Part shown: piece by piece, positions 58,278 to 64,000 of the stretch
Position numbering within the stretch: the stretch's first letter is position 1
How the letters are laid out: every line of letters starts with the position of its first letter
Source: Candidatus Eiseniibacteriota bacterium
GTDB lineage: Bacteria; ARS69
Direction: 5' to 3'
Length of the DNA: 64,000 bases
NCBI GenBank assembly: GCA_052390515.1
Contig: JBQTGV010000058.1
Span: 27,924 to 91,923 of the forward strand
The notes under the pieces: generated by a model
Told to the model about the DNA's origin: nothing
Databases searched by the model: none
What the model saw: only the letters and a program-made list of their open reading frames with translations
Translations under genes and position numbers: made by a program

Positions 58278-59561
58278 AGTGCGCGCGGACCGGCGCACGG
58301 CGAGCCCTACGACGAGCAGCGCGAGCACCGGGATCCACAGGGCGGGGCGGCTCCACGCCGGCTCCCCCCAGACGCCCGTCGTGTCGCGCAGCCAGGCGGC
58401 CGCGTACGACACCGGAAGCAGCGCGACGAGCGCGTACGCCGCGGGAGACACGGCCCGCGGCAGGAACGGGAGCAGAGGCACGATCCACTGCGCGTACCAG
58501 GGATGCACGGTCGGGGAGAGCGCGATCCCCGCGAAGACGACGCTGCCGGCCGCGGCCAGCGGATCGCGGACGCCGCGCGGCACGAGCAGGGCGGCCGTGA
58601 GGACGGCGAGCGCGAGCACCGCGCGTGCGCCGAGCGGAGCGAGGCCCGTGGCGACCAGCAGCGAGTACACCGCATCGTTGAAGCGCCACCGTTCGCCGTA
58701 GGCGGACAGCCCGGCGAAGAGCTTCGCGCCGGCTCCCAGGTAGGGCAGGGCCAGTAGCGCAGCCAGCGCACACCCGAGGAGGAAGGCCGGACGCCGGGCC
58801 GCGCGTGACCTCGCGAGGACCGCCGGCGCGAGAACGAGCGCCACGGGCTTCACCATCGCGGACAGGGCGAGGAGGAGCCCGCCGCCCGCGGCGCGCGCGC
58901 GAGAGTCGGCCGAGAGCGCGAACAAGCCGCCGATCAGCAGCGAGACGCCCAGCCCGTCCACGTGACCGCCGCCGGCGCTCTCCATCACGGACAGCGGACA
59001 CCAGCCCACCACCAGTGCGCCGGGGGCCGGACGGCCCCGCGTCCGGAGCAGCGCGGCGAGCGCCGCCATGGTCGCGAGATCGAGCACCGCGGAGAGGACG
59101 CGCGCGCCGAGCGCGGTCGGCAGGACCGCGTCGAGCGCCCGGAAAGCGAGCTGCGCGACCGGCGGATAGATCGTCGGCACGTCGGGATGGTTCACGCGCG
59201 GCCAGATCTCGTCGTCACGCAGGTGCGCGAGCTCCGGCGCGGACGGCGGGAAGGCGAAGGGGTGAACGCCCGCGTTCGCGACGCGGCCGTCCCACAGGTA
59301 CCGGTAGAGGTCGTCCGAGAGCGGAACCTCAGGCAGCAGCCAGAGGACACGCAGCAAAGCGGCCACGGCGAAGGCCAGCCAGGTCGCCCCGGCCTCGGCC
59401 GCGCCGGCGCCCAGCGCACGCCGCGCGGCGAGCCACCACGCGCACGTCGCCGGGACGAGCAGAGCGAGCAACCAGGGATACCGCGCTGTGGGCGAATCCA
59501 GGGCGGCGGCCGCGCCCATCGCGGCGAGGAGGACGGCTCCGGCGAGGATCAGCGGGCCCAA
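58275..59561 (-). CDS. GT-C (family 87/DUF2029-like) membrane glycosyltransferase
   Basis: SDDLYRYLWDG, TIYPP, GH.D and SPTVHPWY motifs. Confidence 0.85.
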   Translation of the reverse strand: MGPLILAGAVLLAAMGAAAALDSPTARYPWLLALLVPATCAWWLAARRALGAGAAEAGATWLAFAVAALLRVLWLLPEVPLSDDLYRYLWDGRVANAGVHPFAFPPSAPELAHLRDDEIWPRVNHPDVPTIYPPVAQLAFRALDAVLPTALGARVLSAVLDLATMAALAALLRTRGRPAPGALVVGWCPLSVMESAGGGHVDGLGVSLLIGGLFALSADSRARAAGGGLLLALSAMVKPVALVLAPAVLARSRAARRPAFLLGCALAALLALPYLGAGAKLFAGLSAYGERWRFNDAVYSLLVATGLAPLGARAVLALAVLTAALLVPRGVRDPLAAAGSVVFAGIALSPTVHPWYAQWIVPLLPFLPRAVSPAAYALVALLPVSYAAAWLRDTTGVWGEPAWSRPALWIPVLALLVVGLAVRRSART

Positions 59562-59574
59562 CGCCGCCCACCGC

Positions 59575-60687
59575 TCAGTACGCGACCTGCGCCTCGACCT
59601 GCGCGGGAGTGCCGCGTGACGCCCACTGGAGGATCTGCGCAGCGCGCAGCGTGATCCACTCGTCGGTCACGTAGAGGGCCTCGGCGCGCAAACGCCCGTT
59701 CGGATCGGACAGGAGCAGACGCTCGCGGAGCCCCGGGTTGCCGAGGCGCCACGAGCCGTCGGCCAGCTGCGTGTCCCGGAGCCACTCGATCCACGGCGCG
59801 AGATTCGGGTGGTCGGCCGGCGCGCCGATGCGCAGCGCGAGCCACAGGTCCTCGAGCGGGAAGTATAGCAACCGGTCCCGGAGCGATCCCGGCAACTCCG
59901 GCATGGGTCCGCCGTGCAGCGGACCGCGCGGATCGGAGCTGATGTCCAGCCATTCCAGCACCGCGTCGGGATCCCGGCACTCGGGCAGGATCCGGTTCGC
60001 CCAGGCCGCGGCCAGCCGGCGCCGAGCGCCCGCGTAGCGCCGAACCGCGCGCATCGGCAACTCCGCCACCGCCGCCGCGACCGAGCGGGTCAGCAGGTAG
60101 CTGCCGGTCTCGCCGCGCACGTCGACGGTCGGTCCGTCGCGCCAGGCGCCGTCGTCGTGCTGCATCCCGGCGATCCACTCGAGCGCACTCCGCACGCGGG
60201 GATCGCGCCCCCGGCCGAATGCGATGAAATAGCGCACGTAATTCGCGGTGACCAGCAAGAAGCGGGACGCGGAGCGGCCATCGATCTCCGCGAGCTCCTG
60301 GCGGTGGTACGGTTCGTAGAGGAACCCGGCCGGGTGCGACCGCTCCAGCATGTCGTCGAGCAGGTAGCGGAGGACGGGGCCCGCGTCCGTACATCCCCGC
60401 GCCAGCAGAGCGTCGAGCGCGGCCGACGCGTTCGAGGACAGTACCGGACCGAGGATTCCCGAGGCCTGTCCGCGAAGCCGGCCCGTGCGCAGCGCTTCCG
60501 CGTAGGGCAGAAGGAAGAGGTCGCGCACGTCCCGGGCGAACATGTCGCGCTCGGCTTCGTCGCACAGCGTGCGGATCGATCCGAGCCGCCGGACCCCCGG
60601 AAGCGTGCGCGCGGCGTGCAGCCGCACGGCGACACTCGGAGACAGCGCGAGACACTCGACGGCGCTGGCGACGGCGGAGGTGCTCAA
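59575..60687 (-). CDS. Hypothetical protein with prenyltransferase/squalene-cyclase-type QxxDGxW repeats
   Basis: 'QHDDGAW', 'QLADGSW' and 'EWITLRA' motifs. The TTG start is uncertain. Confidence 0.6.
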   Translation of the reverse strand: MSTSAVASAVECLALSPSVAVRLHAARTLPGVRRLGSIRTLCDEAERDMFARDVRDLFLLPYAEALRTGRLRGQASGILGPVLSSNASAALDALLARGCTDAGPVLRYLLDDMLERSHPAGFLYEPYHRQELAEIDGRSASRFLLVTANYVRYFIAFGRGRDPRVRSALEWIAGMQHDDGAWRDGPTVDVRGETGSYLLTRSVAAAVAELPMRAVRRYAGARRRLAAAWANRILPECRDPDAVLEWLDISSDPRGPLHGGPMPELPGSLRDRLLYFPLEDLWLALRIGAPADHPNLAPWIEWLRDTQLADGSWRLGNPGLRERLLLSDPNGRLRAEALYVTDEWITLRAAQILQWASRGTPAQVEAQVAY

Positions 60688-60816
60688 GCTAGGGGCCCCT
60701 GACTGTTCGTGGCGGTTGTCGCCCAGGGAAAATCCTACAACAGGTGCTACGGGATTGGAAAGTTGTTTCGCGCGTCCGGACGTGGCAACCTTCCCCCTCG
60801 CTCCGCGGAGGTCGAC

Positions 60817-61962
60817 GTGCGCTGAATCTACCTCTATCACAACGCTACCACCCCGTTTCGCCGGGAGGGTATCCGGGCCGTCCAGGAGTGCCTGGATCTG
60901 GTCGGCAACCCCTCCAGCATGCATCGCTTCGGCCAGGCCGCCCGGAAGCGGAGGGAGGAAGCACGGTCCGCCGTGGCCGAGGCAGCCGGATGCCCCCCGG
61001 GATGCGTCTTCTTCACGTCGGGCGGAACCGAGGCGAACAACCTGGCGTTGCGGGGCGGTCTCGCGGCCCGGGGCGGCGGCCACCTGGTCGTCGCCGGTAC
61101 GGAGCACGAGGCCGTACTGCAGACCGCCGAGCACCTGGCCTCCGAGGGAGGCCGCGTCACCGTCCTGGGCGTGGACCGCGAGGGGCGGATCGACCTCGAC
61201 GAGCTCCGGAGCAGCCTTCGCGCGGAGACGGCGCTCGTCTCGCTCATGGCGGCGAACAACGAGACCGGCGCGCTGCTGCCCCTGGTCGAGGTGGGAGAGA
61301 TCTGCCGCTCGCGGGGCGTCCCGTTCCACACCGACGCCGTGCAGCTCTTCGGGAAGCTTCCCTTCCGCTGGGACGACCTGCCGGTGGAACTCGCCTCGAT
61401 TTCCAGCCACAAGATCGGTGGCCCCAAGGGCGTCGGAGCGCTCCTCGTCCGTGAATCCGCCGAACTGCGCCCGGTGGTCACCGGCGGCGGCCAGGAGCGC
61501 GGCCTTCGCCCCGGAACCGAGAACCTTCCGGGCATCGCGGGGTTCGGAGCAGCGGCCCGCCAAGCGGCCTCGCAGCTGGCCCGGGAGGTGCCGCGAATCC
61601 TCGCGTTGCGCAACCGACTCGAGCAGGGCATCCTCCGCGACGTGCCCGAAACGGTGGTGAACGCGGTGGGAGCCGAGCGGCTCCCGAACACCAGCAACGT
61701 GACCTTTGCCGGAACGGACGGGGAGAGCTTGGCCGTGGCGCTCGATCTGGAGGGAATCGCGGTGTCGACCGGGGCGGCCTGCAACGCGGGCGCCGCCGAG
61801 CCCTCCCATGTGCTCCGGGCGATGGGCCGGACGCGGGAGGCGGCGGGCGGCTCCATCCGCTTTTCGCTGGGCTTCGCCACGACGGCGGCCGAAATCGAAG
61901 AGGTACTGTCCGTCCTTCCCGCCGTGACCCGGCGGATCGCGGGCTCCGGAACCATTTCCTGA
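60817..61962 (+). CDS. iscS: Cysteine desulfurase (IscS/NifS class I) with an in-frame TGA at codon 3
   Basis: GGAGG RBS and GTG at 60817; VR*IYLYHNATTP...GNPSS, FTSGGTE, NNETG, HTDAVQ, HKIGGPKG, GGGQE.G.R.GT and STGAAC motifs. Confidence 0.85.
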
Positions 61963-61994
61963 CGCGGAAGCTCCGCCTTCCCGAGGAGTTCTTC

Positions 61995-62624
61995 ATGCCG
62001 ATGCGAAGACACGCAAGCATCCCCGCGGGGCTGGCGGCGCTCGGGTTCGTGGTGGCGCAGCTCGCCGGCTGCGAGGGTGGCGAAGCTCGCACCGCGTCGC
62101 GCGCGGAAGCGGCGGTCCCGCAGACGACCGCCGAACCGGCCAAGCCGCCGCGCGAGACGGCCGCGCACCCCGTCGCTCCGGAGTTCACGCTGGACGCGCT
62201 GTCCGGCGGCACCGTGCGGCTCTCCGATTACCGCGGCAAGGTCGTGCTGCTGGACTTCTGGGCCACGTGGTGCGGACCGTGCCGCGCCAGCATCCCGCAC
62301 CTCAACGCGCTCTACGCGGAGAACAAGAAGGACGGCTTCGAGGTGCTGGGGATCTCCGTGGACCAGGCCCGCGGCAGCGCGAGCGGAGCGGACATCGTCC
62401 GTGCATTCATGAAGCAGGTGAGCATGACCTACCCCCTGGCCATGGCCAACGGCAACATCGTGCGAGCCTACGGCGGGATCCAGAGCATTCCGACCGCGTT
62501 CCTGATCGATCGAAGCGGACGCGTGCGCCAGACGTACGTGGGCCTGCGGCCCAAGGCCGCCTACGAGAAGGACATCCGCGCGTTGCTCTCCGAGGCCGCC
62601 CCGGAAGGCGAAGGCTCCATTTGA
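61995..62624 (+). CDS. TlpA/ResA-type thiol-disulfide oxidoreductase lipoprotein
   Basis: Lipobox LAGC; LLDFWATWCGPC and IPT motifs. Confidence 0.92.
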   Translation: MPMRRHASIPAGLAALGFVVAQLAGCEGGEARTASRAEAAVPQTTAEPAKPPRETAAHPVAPEFTLDALSGGTVRLSDYRGKVVLLDFWATWCGPCRASIPHLNALYAENKKDGFEVLGISVDQARGSASGADIVRAFMKQVSMTYPLAMANGNIVRAYGGIQSIPTAFLIDRSGRVRQTYVGLRPKAAYEKDIRALLSEAAPEGEGSI

Positions 62625-64000
62625 TCGTGCTGCGGAGCGTCTCCATCGCGCTCGCAGGCGCGCTGCTCCTGCCTCCGCCCGCCGCGGTGGCCAAACCGCG
62701 GACCTCGGATCTGCTCGCCGTTTCCGGCTTCGAGGACCGCCGGTCTCTCGGCGGCGGCCGGCTCGTCGAGCTCCTGGGACACGAGGATCCGGAGACGCGC
62801 GCCGCCGCGGCGAGGGCGCTCGGACGCATCGCCGCCGCGGAGGGCACCGCACCGCTGCTCGACCGGCTCGCCGACTCGGACGCCTCGGTGCGCCGCGAGG
62901 TGATTTTCGCCCTCGGTCTGATCGGCAGCCCCGATTCCCGCGACGCGCTGCACCGCGTGGCGGCCTCCAACGCGGAGCCCGAGGAGCGGATCGAGGCCGT
63001 GCTCGCGCTCGGCAGGCTGCGCGGCGAGGGCGCGGCGGAGGTGCTGCTGCCGTTCCTCACCGACCCCTTGCCGGGCCTACGCGCCGAGGCGGCGGTGGCG
63101 CTCGCCGCGACCGGAGACAGCGTGGCCGGTGCCGACCTTCGTCCGCTGCTCGCCGACGCGAACGCCACGGTGCGTGCGCAAGCCGCGTGGGCCGCGGGGC
63201 GGCTGAAGGTCGCCGTGCTCGCGCCGGAGCTCCGCGCAATGCTCCAGGATACCAATGCCGAAGTGAAGCTCGCCGCGACCAAGGCCGTCGGCCAGGTGGA
63301 GGACGCCGAGGCGCTCGCGCCGCTGTCGCTCCTGGCCAGGGACGCGGACTGGCGCGTGCGCGTGAACGTGGCCACGGCGCTGGGCCGGACCAAGTCCATC
63401 GAGGCGCTGGCCGGGCTGGCCATCCTGGGCAAGGACGAGAACCCGCACGTGCGCGCCGCGGTGGCGGCGGCGCTGAAGGACGTGCCCTACCACTACAAGA
63501 AGGATGACATCCTGATCCCGCTGCGCGGCGACGCGGAACCGGAGGTTCGCGCCGCGACGATGGAAACGTTCGCCGCGCCGCTCAGGTTCGAGGGGACCAT
63601 GCTCGAGGAGCACTGGCTGGCCGCCGGCGACTCCAGCGTCCACGTGGTCGACGCGGCCTATTCGAGCTTCGCGGACGCGTCGCGGCGCGTCGAGAAGGGG
63701 CTCGGGCCGAACCGCTGGCGGACCGCCAGCTGGTTCTACCTGCGAGGACGCCTGCAGAACCCCGAGGCGCCGCTCGCCGAGAAGATCTCCGCCGCGTATC
63801 ACCTGGGCGCGTTCGCGGAAGGCAACGTGCGCGGCGCGCTGTCCGACGTGCTCACCGTGTACCACCCCGCGCTCACCGCGGCGGCCGTGCACGGGCTCGG
63901 CGAGCTCGCGCCGCACGACTCCGCGGGCGCGGCGCTGCACCGCGATCAGACTCCGCGCATCTTCGAGCGGCTCCTCTCCGAGGATCCCGCCGCCTCCCGC
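62621..64000 (+). CDS. Exported HEAT-repeat protein (partial, runs off the right edge)
   Basis: TTG overlaps the upstream TGA; signal peptide; repeated 'L.D....VR..AA.ALG' units; open to the window end. Confidence 0.85.
   Translation, partial: MIVLRSVSIALAGALLLPPPAAVAKPRTSDLLAVSGFEDRRSLGGGRLVELLGHEDPETRAAAARALGRIAAAEGTAPLLDRLADSDASVRREVIFALGLIGSPDSRDALHRVAASNAEPEERIEAVLALGRLRGEGAAEVLLPFLTDPLPGLRAEAAVALAATGDSVAGADLRPLLADANATVRAQAAWAAGRLKVAVLAPELRAMLQDTNAEVKLAATKAVGQVEDAEALAPLSLLARDADWRVRVNVATALGRTKSIEALAGLAILGKDENPHVRAAVAAALKDVPYHYKKDDILIPLRGDAEPEVRAATMETFAAPLRFEGTMLEEHWLAAGDSSVHVVDAAYSSFADASRRVEKGLGPNRWRTASWFYLRGRLQNPEAPLAEKISAAYHLGAFAEGNVRGALSDVLTVYHPALTAAAVHGLGELAPHDSAGAALHRDQTPRIFERLLSEDPAASR

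Overview
High-GC bacterial chromosomal window (roughly 70% GC, estimated by eye) with about 50 genes. No rRNA, tRNA, CRISPR array or transposase was recognisable. Secreted proteins ending in a FlgD-like Ig domain or an 'SWGKIK' tail suggest an FCB-group candidate phylum such as Eisenbacteria, Krumholzibacteria or Latescibacteria (inference). In order, the window holds: a decayed beta-propeller gene fused head-to-head to a 5'-truncated Ser/Thr kinase; two large kinase-WD40/TPR genes; an arylsulfotransferase/GT-C glycosyltransferase operon; a Cys-rich leader with an unannotated 59-aa secreted Cys-rich peptide; OmpA and a sulfotransferase; a lower-GC trio of secreted proteins; an ArsS-like radical SAM gene with its AhpD partner; a cyclophilin-FKBP fusion; LOG; polB; a 5'-nucleotidase; a hidden Rdx-family selenoprotein with SECIS; a sigma54 two-component module with its own promoter; trxA; an ECF sigma/anti-sigma pair; GT2/GT87 genes; and a cysteine desulfurase with an in-frame TGA at codon 3. 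The most striking unexplained feature is a 282-nt intergenic element (29785-30066). It folds into a rod whose two internal loops are mutually complementary, and it sits just upstream of a protein with two Sm-like segments. A 163-bp palindromic repeat occurs twice.
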